Origin: Candidatus Bathyarchaeota archaeon
GTDB taxonomy: Archaea > Thermoproteota > Bathyarchaeia > Bathyarchaeales > Bathycorpusculaceae
Direction: 5' to 3'
NCBI GenBank assembly: GCA_963780185.1
Contig: CAWABA010000006.1
Location: 384,001-448,000 of the forward strand
DNA length: 64,000 bases
Each line of letters starts with the position of its first letter. Positions within the stretch are counted from its first letter, which is position 1. A program made the position numbers and the translations under genes. Shown piece by piece: positions 20,871 to 32,028 of the stretch. The notes under the pieces are model-generated. The model did no database searches and was not told where the DNA came from. It saw only the letters and a list, made by a program, of their open reading frames with translations.

Positions 20871-22101
20871 CTATTTTCCCCTCCAGATAATGTTGAGAAG
20901 CCGCTTTTTAGCTTCTTCGAACCGCAACTCCGCTTCAGACATGGATTCGCCTTTTCCAGCAACCAACGAAATCGCTTCCGAGTTGCCGTCCAGCGGGAAA
21001 GGAGGCGAAACAACCCCGTCTAATTGGCGGCTTTCTGGAAAGCGCTGATTGAAGGTTTGGAAACCTTAACTTTTGAAAAGTAAACGGCACCCTTGTTTTC
21101 CTGCCGATCGGGAAGCTTGTTCTTCAAGACGGCGTTCATCATTGCTTCAGCCACGTTGAAGCCTGCAGCCCCGCTTAAACCGACATAAGATGTCGTTAAT
21201 CGAGGATTAACATCTATCACAAACGGCTTATCCTCTGCCAAAACCAAGTCGACGCCGACGTAGCCGCGCAAACCAGAAAAAGACGCCTCCACCTTTTCCG
21301 CCGCCTCGAAAGCTTTCTGCTTTCAGTGGATGGTCAAATGGAACAACGCCTCCTTGGTAGCTTGAGGTTGCGTCTGGTTTGGCGAGATGGATGTTTTGCT
21401 TGTTTAAGCTGATTGCCAAAGCTTTGGTGTCCGTGCATAGGAGGCTAACGCTCACGGCTTCGCCGCGGACAAATTCCTGCGCAACAAAGTTTTTTGAGAC
21501 GATGCAGCCTTTATTTTGTCGATGGCCGTTTCTATTTGGCTTCGTTTTGGATTTTGCTTAATCCGCCGCAGCTGACGCCGTCCGAGGGTTTAAAGACCAC
21601 AGGGTAGGTCAGCTTGTTTTTGATTTCGTTCTTAATTTTCGTCTACGTCATCGTTGAGTTAAAAGTCAACGTTTCAGGCGTGTTTAGCCCGTTGTTTTTC
21701 AGGGTTTCGTGAAAGTCGATTTGTCCGCGACCTGTCGGATGGCTTCTGGCTTCACAGTTAAGCGAAAGCTTACCTGTCTTCCCGACGAGCGTGACGAGCG
21801 ATTGGAGGGTTTGCCCCGTTTCAGGTGCAATAACGTAAACGGCGTCGTTGATTTTGGCGGCGTACGAAAGGATTTTTTCGGCTTCTTGCGCATGAAAAAC
21901 GGGTAGATGCAATCCGCGGCAATCGGTGGATTCAGTTTTGAGATGCGTTCATCCAGAAGAACGGTTACTTCGTGTCCTGCAGCTTTGAAATCCTCGGTGA
22001 GGCACCGCAGCATCCCGTATCCTTCGGATAAAACGCTCGGATCCAACGGTTGCCCTGCGACATCCGCCGCCTGACATGTACTCGTAAACCAGGATTTTCA
22101 A
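20871..22101 (-). CDS. mfnD: ATP-grasp tyramine-L-glutamate ligase (several indels)
   Basis: KILVYEY.SGG, SEGYGML, VIAPETG, GLRGYVGVDLVL..FVIDVNPRLTTSYVGL. Confidence 0.8.
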
Positions 22102-22141
22102 GTGCAGTACCTTTTAGATTCGATGGAAACCACGCGTCTCC

Positions 22142-23290
22142 TTAAAGCTTTTCGATTCGCCGCGGCGTCTTTCAAGAAAGCCAAGGCAAACCGCCTCTTC
22201 ACATGCGGCATGACGACGATTCTTATGCAGTCGTAGCGTGGCACGTAGGAGACAAACCAGCCTTGCCGCCGAAGCTTCTCCGCCAAACGTTTTGTGCCGC
22301 CGCTGCTGCGGAACGCCACCATGTTAAGTGTCGGCTTCACGACAAGTTTGAAACCTGCATCTGTCAGCCCGTCAGCCAAAAGCCAAGTGGTTTTCATGCA
22401 TTTCGCCACGATTTCCCTGTAGCCTTCCATGCCAGAGCGACCTGAAAGCTGCCCACGCCGAAGCCGCCGCGGCGCCTGAGCGGGTTCCCACAAACGTGTA
22501 CTGGTACCTGTCAGTTAAGTAAGGCGTTTCAGTCCGAAGACAATCCAACGCATTCCTGATGTCTGAAAATGATTCCGCCCGCTGGAATCGCCGCCATCCC
22601 CATCTTGTGCGGGTCAACCGTCATCGATTCCACGGCTTCCAACGCGAAATCAAACGGCGGCTGAGCGTCGGCGAGGAACGGAATGACTAAGCCTCCGAAG
22701 GCGGCGTCAACATGCAGCCAAACCTTGCGGCGGGCGCGATTCGTGAAAGCGCCTCAATCGGGTCGACGACGCCCAACTCCGAAGTTCCCGCCGTCCCAAC
22801 GATGGCAACGGTGTTTTCGCTTACGCATTTCTTCAACTTGTGCGGGGTCAACTCTGAAAGAGCTGTCTAAGCCCCGCGTAAACGGGTTTGAGGTTGAGCA
22901 TGCTGCAGATTTTTGTGAATGAGAAATGAGCCGATTCGGGCAGAACCACTTCAGGAGCGTCTTATGTGCGCGCTGTTTCTTGCCGCCAAAAGCGCCATCA
23001 AATTCGCTTCGGTTCCGCCAGAAACAACGTGCCCAACGCAGTTTTCGCCGTGAAGAAGCGCCGCCAATTCACGCAACGACTTCTTGTTCAAGCTGGACGC
23101 TTCCCGGGAAAAAGCCCTGGGTCGCCTAAGTTAGAGTTTAAAAAAAGCCTGTAAGCCTTCTCCGCCGTCGGATGAGGCTTTGTGCACATGGAACACAAGG
23201 ATTTTGCCGTCATTCATACCGCTGGTCGAGTCGGCGCCTTTTTTTAAGTTCAGCCAGCACCTGCTTTCTGCTTAAGCCGTGGGCACGCAA
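22142..23290 (-). CDS. mfnA: PLP-dependent tyrosine/aspartate decarboxylase (many indels; boundaries approximate)
   Basis: [57 protein letters not shown]. Confidence 0.8.
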
Positions 23291-24036
23291 ATTTAAGCCC
23301 TCAACTGTCTTAGCTTGCGCCTCAGCCTGCCTGACCGTGTCCACGAGTTCACGGACCAAAGCCCGTTTCATCTCGCCTCCAACGCGGTCGCCGCCTGTGC
23401 ATGCAGCTCCACGCAAACCAGCAATGTCAGCGCCCAAACCGTAAACCACAGGTAAATCTTCTTTTCGCAGCGAACCCGCCAACGCCACCTCAAGACCAAG
23501 ACGATGGCTGGAATCGACGAATTTCTTGAGTTGCGCCTCGGATGAGGTAGCTGAAGAGGTTTTTGCCGTCTTTAATGCGCTGTATCAATCATGGCGACAT
23601 CCACATGGGCTTTAGACGCTATTTCGGGAATTTGCAGGGGGTTTAACGAGTCGATTCTTTGTGCGTCAGCGTACCCTGCGGCAGCCACCTTGATTTTGGG
23701 GTTGCATTCTTTCGCGGCTCGGTTAACGTTCTCCAAAAGGTAAACTGCTTCCTTCGCCGTTTTGAACCCGTACAACCCCACCTTAACGTAATCAACACCC
23801 AACGTTGCTGCGCCTAAAGCTGCCAGCGACACCGAGCCGGGAAGATTAGGTACATCACCCAACGCGCAGCTAACTTCAACATTCTTGGGCGCGAGTTCTT
23901 TTATCTGCTTGATAACCCATGGAAAATTGGCTCCTAACGCGCCTTCCTGCGGGTTTTTGACGTCCATTATGTCTGCGCCTCCAGCGATGGCTTCAGCGGC
24001 TTCTTTTACGTTTGCGGGGCTTATGAGCAATTTCAA
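23290..24036 (-). CDS. mfnB: (5-formylfuran-3-yl)methyl phosphate synthase (indel near 23570)
   Basis: MKLLISP, GGADIMDVKNPQEGALGANFPWVI, DYVKVGLYG, GYAD, MIDTA, ALAGSL, GLRGAAC. Confidence 0.9.
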
Positions 24037-24140
24037 CGTGGGTCATAATCAAGCGCATTAATGAAGCCTTTAAAAGTTTTGCTTGGCTACGGCTAGGTTT
24101 TTTTATTTGTTAACAATCATTTTAAGGTGGCTGAGCCAAG

Positions 24141-24874
24141 TTGAAAGTCATACCTGTAATCGACATTTTGAACGGACGTCGTGGTTCACGCGGTCAGGGG
24201 CAAAAGAAGCGAGTACCGACCCCTCCAAAGCGTCCTAGCCGATTCGTCTGACCCCGCTTAAAGTGGCGAAGCTTTCAAAACGCTTGGGTTCGACGAATTG
24301 TACATTGCCGATTTGGACGCCATCATCGATTGCTCAGAGGATTTTCACAGTCTCAAACACATCGCCGACGAAACAGGTCTCAAGTTGATGGTTGACGCCG
24401 GCGTAACATCCATGGAGCAGGGCAAAGAGTTTGCTCGGGAACGGGGTTTCGAAACTTGTGATTGGAACCGAAACGCTGCAAAACAAGAGTTTCGTCGCCG
24501 AAGCGGTGAAGGCGTTCGGAAGCGACCGTGTCATGGTCAGCTTGGATTTGAAAGGCGACAAAGTCCTTGTTAAAACGGGGTTTGACGGCTGCATAGAGCC
24601 GCTGTGTCTTCTCGGGGAGTTCGCGGAAATGGGTGTTTCGCAGGTTATCGTTTTGGATTTGACGCGGGTGGGAAGCGGCGAAGGAGTCAACGTTGATTTC
24701 TTAAGCAAAGTTCTGTGACGATTGGCTCTGAGCGTTTATGTTGGCGGCGGCGTCAGAGACGTCGCGGATTTGGTTGAGTTGAAAAATCTTGGCGTTTCAG
24801 GCGCCTTGGTGGCTTCAGCTTTGCATTCAGGAAAAATTTCCGTTGAAGAATTGGAAAAGGCAAAATTGCTTTAG
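24141..24874 (+). CDS. HisA/HisF-like TIM barrel protein linked to H4MPT/methanofuran C1 genes (indels)
   Basis: KVIPVIDILNG..VHAVRG.R.EY.P, LYIADLDAI, VIGTETL, VSLDLK, LDLTRVGSGEG, VGGGVRD. Confidence 0.8.
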
Positions 24875-25603
24875 GCGATTATTCGCGTTTTGCCAAGCAC
24901 ACGATTCCGCCGAGCTGCGTAAGGCGGTTGCCCAGCGGTTGATTCCGCGCTTATCACCCGTGTTTTAACGCCCTTGTTCGCGGCAACCTGCATGAGCCTT
25001 TGTACCCTGTATTTTTGTCGGCTTTTCGCGAGGTACTCGTCTGTGAGCATGAGGTATTCGGGTTTGGGTTTGCCTTCGCCTTGCGGGTTAAGGATGAAGT
25101 TTTCTGCTTCTTGCAGGGAGAAAAGCACCATGTTGTCGGAGGCGTTTAACCGTTTTTCGAGGATTTCAAGCAGGTTCTCGGTTTCCTGCGCGGTGGTTTC
25201 GCAAATTAAATCTTTGAAAATGCTCGTTTTCGTCAACGCGGCTACTTGCTGTGGGGAGCTTGCGGAACCCGTTATGGTTGAAATTGCGGCTTTGTTTGTG
25301 CCTTGGACAAGCCAGGTGTGGTGTGCTTTGATGTGGTTAACGAATTCCTGCCCGTAGCTGGTTCTTGTGGGCGACGCAACAATGATGCTTCTTACGCCTT
25401 CTTTGAGGGTGGGCCTCAACGCGTTCACCAAGGCTTCGTGGAAGCTGTAGAGTGGCTTTAGTGTCGTTTCTGTTTCCGTTTAAAGAAATGGTCTGCTGCT
25501 GCTTAGCCACTTGGCTGAAAATCTGCCAAAACGCGGCATGGTCACTCTCGATTCCAACTAAAACTGCGACGGGGTATCCTCTTCTGTAAGATTTCCGCGA
25601 CAT
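24871..25603 (-). CDS. Pelota/eRF1 domain 2-3-like protein lacking the N-terminal domain (indels)
   Basis: SIIVASP..YGQEF, LTDEYL...RLMQVAANKGVKTRVISAESTAG.RL.QLGG parallel the C-terminal part of pelota at 48592. Confidence 0.6.
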
Positions 25604-25717
25604 TGTCTTCAGCTATTTGATTTGAGGATTACCTATTTAGGCTTCCTTTCAGCTAACTGCGTAGGCTTGAAACGACATGTTTATGAACAGCGAAAAACCG
25701 ATTTAAAATGATGAATT

Positions 25718-26078
25718 ATGATTAAAGTTGACGACCAACAAGGCTTAAACGAAGAATTAGAAAAAAACGAAAAAGTTCTTGCGTTTTTTTATGCCAACTG
25801 GTGCCCTTACTGCATGAGATTTGTCCCGGTTTTCAACAAAAAAATAGTCGGCTTCAACGCTGGCAACAGTCATTCACGTTATACTTGACGATTACAACAA
25901 CCCATTATGGGATGACTATGCTGTGGAAGCAGTTCCGACAGTCATCCTTTTCGAAAAAGGCAAAGTGACAAAGCGTCTGGATGGAAGATTCGGCGTGGGC
26001 TTAACCGAAAAACAACTTGACAATTGGCTTCAAACAACTTTAATCGATGAAGAGATGTTTGAAGAAAACAAGCCGTAA
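25718..26078 (+). CDS. Thioredoxin family protein (indel; absent from the ORF track)
   Basis: VLAFFYANWCPYC then YAVEAVPTVILFEKGK..KRLDG. Confidence 0.8.
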
Positions 26079-26154
26079 AAATGAAAAATGCGGTGATTAG
26101 GCTCTCTGCTTTCAGAATACGTTATCAGAAAAAGCGACTGAAATTTTTCGAGCT

Positions 26155-26667
26155 TTATGCAGGTGGAGGCGGTGGGGGTGGCGTACCCGGGGTTGGCGAA
26201 GGCTGAGTGATGGATTGGAATGGCTGTTTTGTCTGAACGACTGTGGTGCCTGCAATGCGGTCAGTCCATTTTTGGCGTTTATCTTTGCCTGGCGTTGCGA
26301 TCGCTATGATCCAATCTAGGATAACGAGACCGTAGAATTTGCTTATGTTGCGAATTAATGCTTTGTCAAATGATACTTTTCCGCCGTTTACCGTTTGCAC
26401 TTTTAAGTCCCATGAAGCATTTTTCCTATGGATCCGCCCCAGACCACGTCGAAGATCGTGAAGTAAATTATGTAAAGCACACCTACAACAAGCCAAAAGA
26501 AGAAGATATAAAATCCGCGCATAAAACGCGCCGGTAACGATTGTTGCAACCGCAGCAATGAAAAGTAGTATGAAGGAAACTATCGATACAATAATGCTGT
26601 CAATGATGAAGGCGACTAAACGCAAAAGCCAATGGTTCCAGTCAATCTGCTCCATATTGGTTGACAT
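26155..26667 (-). CDS. RDD family membrane protein with Pro-rich tail (probable internal indels)
   Basis: WLLRLVAFIIDSII, KALIRNISK, KRQKWTDRIAGTTVV. Confidence 0.8.
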   Translation of the reverse strand: MSTNMEQIDWNHWLLRLVAFIIDSIIVSIVSFILLFIAAVATIVTGAFYARILYLLLLACCRCALHNLLHDLRRGLGRIHRKNASWDLKVQTVNGGKVSFDKALIRNISKFYGLVILDWIIAIATPGKDKRQKWTDRIAGTTVVQTKQPFQSITQPSPTPGTPPPPPPPA

Positions 26668-26761
26668 TTCTAAAGAACCTCTAACTAGACTGTTGCAGAA
26701 GCGCATTATTATCGTTTTCTATTTTCTATTTGCTCGATTAACTGCCGAAATAAGGGCGGGT

Positions 26762-27410
26762 TTAGGGTTTGAAACCTACCATGAAGCGCCATTTCCAGCC
26801 ATTTCCAGTAGCAATCGACATCGACAAACCCTATTTCCCTTAGCCACTCCAGTTGGGTTTCAACATCCAGAGGTCATGTTTGAGGGGTCTTCTGTCTGGG
26901 TCCCAGTTGCAACAATGAACTTTACATGAAGACTCTCAGTGGGGGAAGCTACGCGTTCCAAGGTTGCAGAAGACGCCTTTCGGATTTAGAAGACCAAAAA
27001 TTTCGCTGTACAACTCCCTCTTTCTCGGATGCGTCAAATGGTGAATTGCCAAACTGGAAACTACAGCGTCGAAGCAGCCAAGTTTCTTAGCGGGAAGCGG
27101 CAAACTGAAATCGTGTTTTAACACAGTTACATTTTTGTCTTCTGCAAAACGTTTTCTGGCTCGTTCAAGCATAGGGTCAGAAAAATCCAGCGCTACACCT
27201 TCAGCTTCTGGCTTCCCAGCTTAACCAGCGACAACAAGTCTACCGTCGCCTGTTCCTAAATCTAAAATGCGTTTGGTATGAAGCGGGATTTGTTCCAGCA
27301 GCACTCTTTCGCCTTCTGTCCTGTGCGGAAGCTTGTCAGCTCTTGCCAGATACGCCAGCACATGGTCGATTGTTTGCCACTCGCTTTTGGGACGTCTTCT
27401 TTTTCCAAAG
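26762..27410 (-). CDS. Class I SAM-dependent methyltransferase (indels; boundaries approximate)
   Basis: [40 protein letters not shown]. Confidence 0.8.
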
Positions 27411-27590
27411 TTTATCCCCGCCTTCTCATACAAGCGTCAGGATATTTTTAATTTGCGTCACATACAATAAGAAATCATCGGTTCAGAGGCAAACCGCTGT
27501 TTTCAGCCTGAAATTGTTGATTCCCAAGTTAACAACACTTATATTGCGTCAGTTCCTATGAATGGGAAATATCAAGAGGGGTTTCTGTTA

Positions 27591-27932
27591 ATGGAGTTTT
27601 GCCCAACATGCGGGATTCGCCTTGAACCCAAAAAATCGGAGGGGGCAGTGGCGCTTGTCTGCTGCAAATGCGGCTTCACCAAGGCGCCTTCCAGCAATAG
27701 GGAGCAAGCGAAGGTTGTTAGGGTTATCCAACCTAAATCTCAGCCTTTCATGACCGTTATAAGCGAGGAAGAACAGAAAGTCAAAACCATGCAGACCATC
27801 CGCATGAAATGCGACAAGTGCGGAAACAACGAAGTTTTTGTCTGGCAAGTCCAAACCCGCGGCGGCGACGAAGCGTCAACACAGTTCATGCGCTGCACAA
27901 AATGCGGACACACCTTCAGAGAATACTCATAG
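27591..27932 (+). CDS. tfs: Transcription factor S (TFS)
   Basis: MEFCPTCG...CCKCG and CDKCGNNE..WQVQTRGGDEASTQFMRCTKCGHTFREY; acidic DE dyad intact. Confidence 0.92.
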   Translation: MEFCPTCGIRLEPKKSEGAVALVCCKCGFTKAPSSNREQAKVVRVIQPKSQPFMTVISEEEQKVKTMQTIRMKCDKCGNNEVFVWQVQTRGGDEASTQFMRCTKCGHTFREYS

Positions 27933-28080
27933 AAACATTTCCCTCGGCATGTACCCGAAAAACATTTCTTTGCTTAATCGTTTCTTTGTAGCCAGCTACG
28001 CACAACCACACATCTTTAAAAATAATTGTTTCGTAGAAAAAACGTGTTTTAACGTCCAAGTGTGAGCGGAGGTGAATTGT

Positions 28081-28306
28081 TTGGGTAAAATCAATCCAGG
28101 TTCAAACCGCAACGAAGATAACGACCTTGCAACAGCAACTCCTGGCATGCAAGACGTGGACATCCCCGAGCCCAAAATGCTTGAAAAAGGCAAATTCCAA
28201 TGCACTGAACTGCAGCCAAATTTTCAACTCGAAAGAAGCCTACATCAGCCACGCGTTGGCTCGACATCACTCGCCTGAAGAAGACGTAGTCCAGCCGATA
28301 ATGTAG
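28081..28306 (+). CDS. Small C2H2 zinc-finger protein (indel near 28210)
   Basis: GGAGGTG site; joined reading FQCTECSQIFNSKEAYISHALARH. Confidence 0.6.
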
Positions 28307-28366
28307 ATGCTCGGAAGCTTGCCTCATTTTTGCAAATGTTTTTTAAACGGATTTTTTCTTTGCGGC

Positions 28367-30179
28367 TTAGGTTAAGTTAATGGTTACTTTGTTGGTTGCC
28401 CCTGTGACTGTAACGGTGCCGTTTAGGTAGCTCCAGTTAGAGTTTGGAGAGGTTGTTGTGTTGCCGTCAACAGTTACTGATGCAGCTGTGCGTTCACTGC
28501 GAAGGTTTGGGTGCCGTTGCCTGAGTTGACGTTGTAGGATATGGTGGTGGAGTTGTAGCTGTTTATTGTGATGTTGGCGCCGACTGTGCTCATCGTCATG
28601 TTGGAAGTAACGCCGTTGAAAGTCAAATTGTAAAATCTAAGCAGGTCGCCTGTCTGGTTATAGCTTGCCAGCGTTATCGGGGCCTGCAAAACTTGTGATG
28701 AAGCCGCTTGACCCCAAGAAATCAGCGCCTGTGAGCTGATGGGAGGGAGAATAAGCGGTTAGGTTTGATGTGAAGCTGAATTGGTCCAGTGGGTCTGTTA
28801 GGTATAGAGGTGTTCCTCCTGACCCGCTTGCGTATGTTTCATAGGTGTAAGACGTTATGGTTGGGTGCGCTGGGTTACTCATGTTGAAAGTGTAGATTCG
28901 CGCCGTTGCTCCGCCCTGCAGGTTGTCTTCTTGTTGCCGGTTAAAGAAAATGTCCTCTCTATTTCCAGCTTTCAAGATTGTATGCGGTTCCCCCATCGGC
29001 TATGTCATGTCCGCTTAAGGTCATAAACACGTTTGAGTATTGGCTAAGCGTGTCGTTGAAGTTGGTTGCCCAAGCAATGTCTGCAGCGCTCGGGGTATAT
29101 CCGTACGTTCCCGCTCCAGTTAGAAAATTGTGGGTTGTCACAATCACGTTATCGTTAGGGGTTAATTTTAGAAGCGTCTGCATCCAATCTAGAACTGTTT
29201 CGTTAGCATCGTAAGCTATGTTGATGACCAAGAAACGGTAGTTGCCATAGCTGAAGTGAACAGCCGTGCTTGACCCATTAAAGATACTTGCAGTCCAATA
29301 AGGTTCATGCTGCATGACTGAAACGTCAAAAGCTGAGAAGCCGCTTCCGCCCAGCCAACGACCATTAGCGTTACCTGTTGGGCACTGCTTTCACCGATGA
29401 AATCATGATTTCCCGCACACCAACAGTATGGAACGCCGTTGTTGTAGAGCGTGCATCATGGCGGTGTTGGCGTTTTGCCAGCTGTGATGTTGTCAGGGGT
29501 ATTGACGATGTCGCCTGTGTGGATGACCATTGAAACATTCAGGGCGTTGGTGTTGTTCACTATCCAGCTGGTTAAGGTGTTGTATAATGCGGGGTTGGAT
29601 TCGCTTAGGAATTGTGTGTCTGTAATTTGAATCAGGCTAAAGCCGCCGTTGACTGGGCTATCCCAGTTTTCAGGGTTGACTGCAGAGAGTGAAACCTGCG
29701 TGTCCAGCTGGGTTATCGTTGATTGTTCGGTGGCAACTTGGTTTTGAAGGGTTGTTACTTGTGCTTGAGAAGCTGTTAATTCGCTTTGAAGGGATGCGAT
29801 GATGGGGTTTGAGTTGAACTTCATTTTGGAGAATGGATATTTCACTGTTGGCGGCACTTAGTTCAGAAGTGTCAGTTGTAACCTGGTTTTGAAGACCAGT
29901 GTTGACTGAATTCGCCGTTTTAACTTGTTTTTGAAGGCTCGCTATTTGAGCGTTCAATGTGCTGACTGTTGAGTTCAGGTTTCCGACCGTGGCGTTGAGG
30001 GAGTTGACGGTGGAGTTCAGGGAGTTGATCATCAAGTCTTTCGATGCCACTTGATTCTGAAGATTTTTATTGGAGTTGGAACTCTGCATAAAAACCCCAA
30101 TCAAAACAGCTGACAAAACAAGACATAAAGCTATGAAGCCTAAAGCAATCTTTTTACTTACAACCTTTTTAGTCGCCAT
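28367..30179 (-). CDS. Membrane-anchored coiled-coil plus calcineurin-like metallophosphoesterase (several indels)
   Basis: N-terminal TM, heptad-like LNSTV repeats, QITDTQ, HTGDIVN, AGNHD, TTHNFL, LSGHD. Confidence 0.8.
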
Positions 30180-30492
30180 TTAACGTTCTCCTCCACCAAG
30201 CCCTTTGTGGATACCTACATAAACCAACATTTCTTTTTATGTCTTGTTTAAAAACCCCCATTTCGTCGCCGGGGTTGGCGCCTCCAATGTTATCTGCTCC
30301 CGATTTTTGCAGTTTTTACGCCAACAGCAGGGGCTTTTCGGGTTAACAACCTGAAACTAGCCAAAAATGCAAAAGGTAAGACAAAGTACACATGTCTTAA
30401 ACGAAAATTAGTTTGCAACTTTTTTTCTAAGTTTGGTTAAAACAAAAATTAAGGGTTAAAAAAAGGATCTGCCGTTTTTTTCGGCTTAACTT

Positions 30493-30582
30493 TTAAGTTT
30501 GAGTTTTGCTCTTTTTCTCTTTCTTTGCTTTTCGTTTTGCGTCTCGTTCTTTTTTAGTTAAAGGTTTTTCTTTTTTCGGCAT
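30493..30582 (-). CDS. 29-aa Lys-rich microprotein MPKKEKPLTKKERDAKRKAKKEKKSKTQT
   Basis: GGAG site upstream of ATG, exact 30-codon frame; below the ORF-track cutoff. Confidence 0.55.
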   Translation of the reverse strand: MPKKEKPLTKKERDAKRKAKKEKKSKTQT

Positions 30583-30842
30583 TTGTTTATCTCCGGGTGG
30601 TACATTATACAAGTTAGCGCTTTAATAATTTTCGAAAAAAACCAGAATGTTTCAAGCAGCAAAACGAGAATCTTGCGGTTGGTAACCGATTTGGGTGTGA
30701 ATCAGAGCGGCAGATAAAGGGATTAACTTGTTTGGGTCCAGCGCAATTCTTAAAAAATTTCATTAGGTAGCCAGCAGCCTAAAATAGGGTTATCTGGATT
30801 ATAGTTGCAGCAAAAAAAATTTGACGAGGAGGCCAATTTTCA

Positions 30843-31001
30843 ATGAAAGAAAGAAAACCTAAGCTGAAATCAAGCGGGAAAAAAACCTATCAGAACACGC
30901 ATGGACAAATTTACCGTGTTACGACAAAGCCAAACTATAAAGTGATTCGAAAGAACCTGCTTAAGAACCAGCAAGCGCTAAAGGCGCAGCCTAAAGTCTA
31001 A
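30843..31001 (+). CDS. 52-aa basic microprotein MKERKPKLKSSGKKTYQNTHGQIYRVTTKPNYKVIRKNLLKNQQALKAQPKV
   Basis: GAGGAGG site upstream; 53-codon frame. Confidence 0.6.
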   Translation: MKERKPKLKSSGKKTYQNTHGQIYRVTTKPNYKVIRKNLLKNQQALKAQPKV

Positions 31002-31061
31002 TCGGTTGTAGCCGCTAAAATTTATTTAAAAAAGGGAAAAACGCCGTTAACGTGCGTTTAA

Positions 31062-31199
31062 TTATTTTTTACCTTTTGAGTGTTTTGCTGGGAGTGAGAC
31101 TTGTTTGCGTTCTTTTCGCTTCTGGTCTTTTTCACGTTGCAGTTTCTTGTGTTGCTCTAGACCCTCAGCTTTCTTTTCTCTTCTAGACAGATTAATCAA
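31062..31199 (-). CDS. About 45-aa charged basic microprotein (SRREKKAEGLEQHKKLQREKDQKRKERKQVSLPAKHSKGKK)
   Basis: Open frame; tail resembles the ORF at 31661 (LPAK + basic end); start uncertain. Confidence 0.5.
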   Translation of the reverse strand: MINLSRREKKAEGLEQHKKLQREKDQKRKERKQVSLPAKHSKGKK

Positions 31200-31304
31200 C
31201 CCTTAAAAGCCCATTCGAATCGGCACTCAAAAACTTTCCTGTCATAGGTGGCTTTAAAGGTTGAGAATATGCGTTGGTTTGGGGTAAGCGGCGTGGGTTA
31301 GGCT

Positions 31305-31550
31305 TTATCCTCTGGTTTCGTAGACTACGACTGAGTCAGGTTTAATCTGCATCACCAAGTCGTGGCCTTCCACTATTTTCCGGAGGCAGCCGATATTTTC
31401 CTTCGTGATGTTTGTTTTGATATTTATGTGGTATCCATTGTACAGTGGGTACATTGCTTTCTGCGGAATCAAGGTAAACGTGCTGCCTTCCAAATTTGGG
31501 CACCTGTCAACAATTTCTCTTAGCAGGATCGCGATTTCAGCTAATTTCAT
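31305..31550 (-). CDS. Small alpha/beta hypothetical protein, probable paralog of 37195-37443
   Basis: M...E....L.EI...GY.I.IK......I.....L.......V.. pattern shared by both. Confidence 0.7.
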   Translation of the reverse strand: MKLAEIAILLREIVDRCPNLEGSTFTLIPQKAMYPLYNGYHINIKTNITKENIGCLRKIVEGHDLVMQIKPDSVVVYETRG

Positions 31551-31660
31551 AAACGGTCGTTACTTACTACACTATCAATTAATAAAAAACTTTCAGTATT
31601 ATGCCACGAAAAAAGCATGAAAATAATAAAGAGAACGAGATTTTTCTGTTCTTTTAGGCT

Positions 31661-31789
31661 TTAATGTTTCTGGCCTTTGGCCGGAAGCTGCGCCCTCATC
31701 TGTTTCTTTTTCGCTTCTTTTTCGCGTTCTTTCCTTTTTTGTTGTTCATTCTGTGTATTTTTTGCTTTTCGTTTTGCTACACTTGGCAC
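31661..31789 (-). CDS. 42-aa basic microprotein (MPSVAKRKAKNTQNEQQKRKEREKEAKKKQMRAQLPAKGQKH)
   Basis: GGTGA site before GTG at 31789. Confidence 0.55.
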   Translation of the reverse strand: MPSVAKRKAKNTQNEQQKRKEREKEAKKKQMRAQLPAKGQKH

Positions 31790-32028
31790 TAAATCACCCA
31801 ATAATAAGTTAAGATAAGCATACAAGTTTAAACATTTTTCGCATCTATCGGTGTACTTGCTACAATTTTTGGACATCTACCTTTGAAGATCAACGATTTG
31901 TCTGCGCGGAGCCTCGTTTTAAAATCTGGAAGCCAACAAAATTGGCAAAATTTGCCAGAGCAAAATTGCAGGATTAAAATAAAGAAAAAAGAAAATTGTT
32001 AAACGGGTTAAGCTGTTAAATTGTTAGC

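Noticed and set aside
19130-24036. Programmed frameshifting or real pseudogenes in the mfn operon
   Set aside because: Indels are many and irregular with no consistent slippery motif; assembly error is more parsimonious
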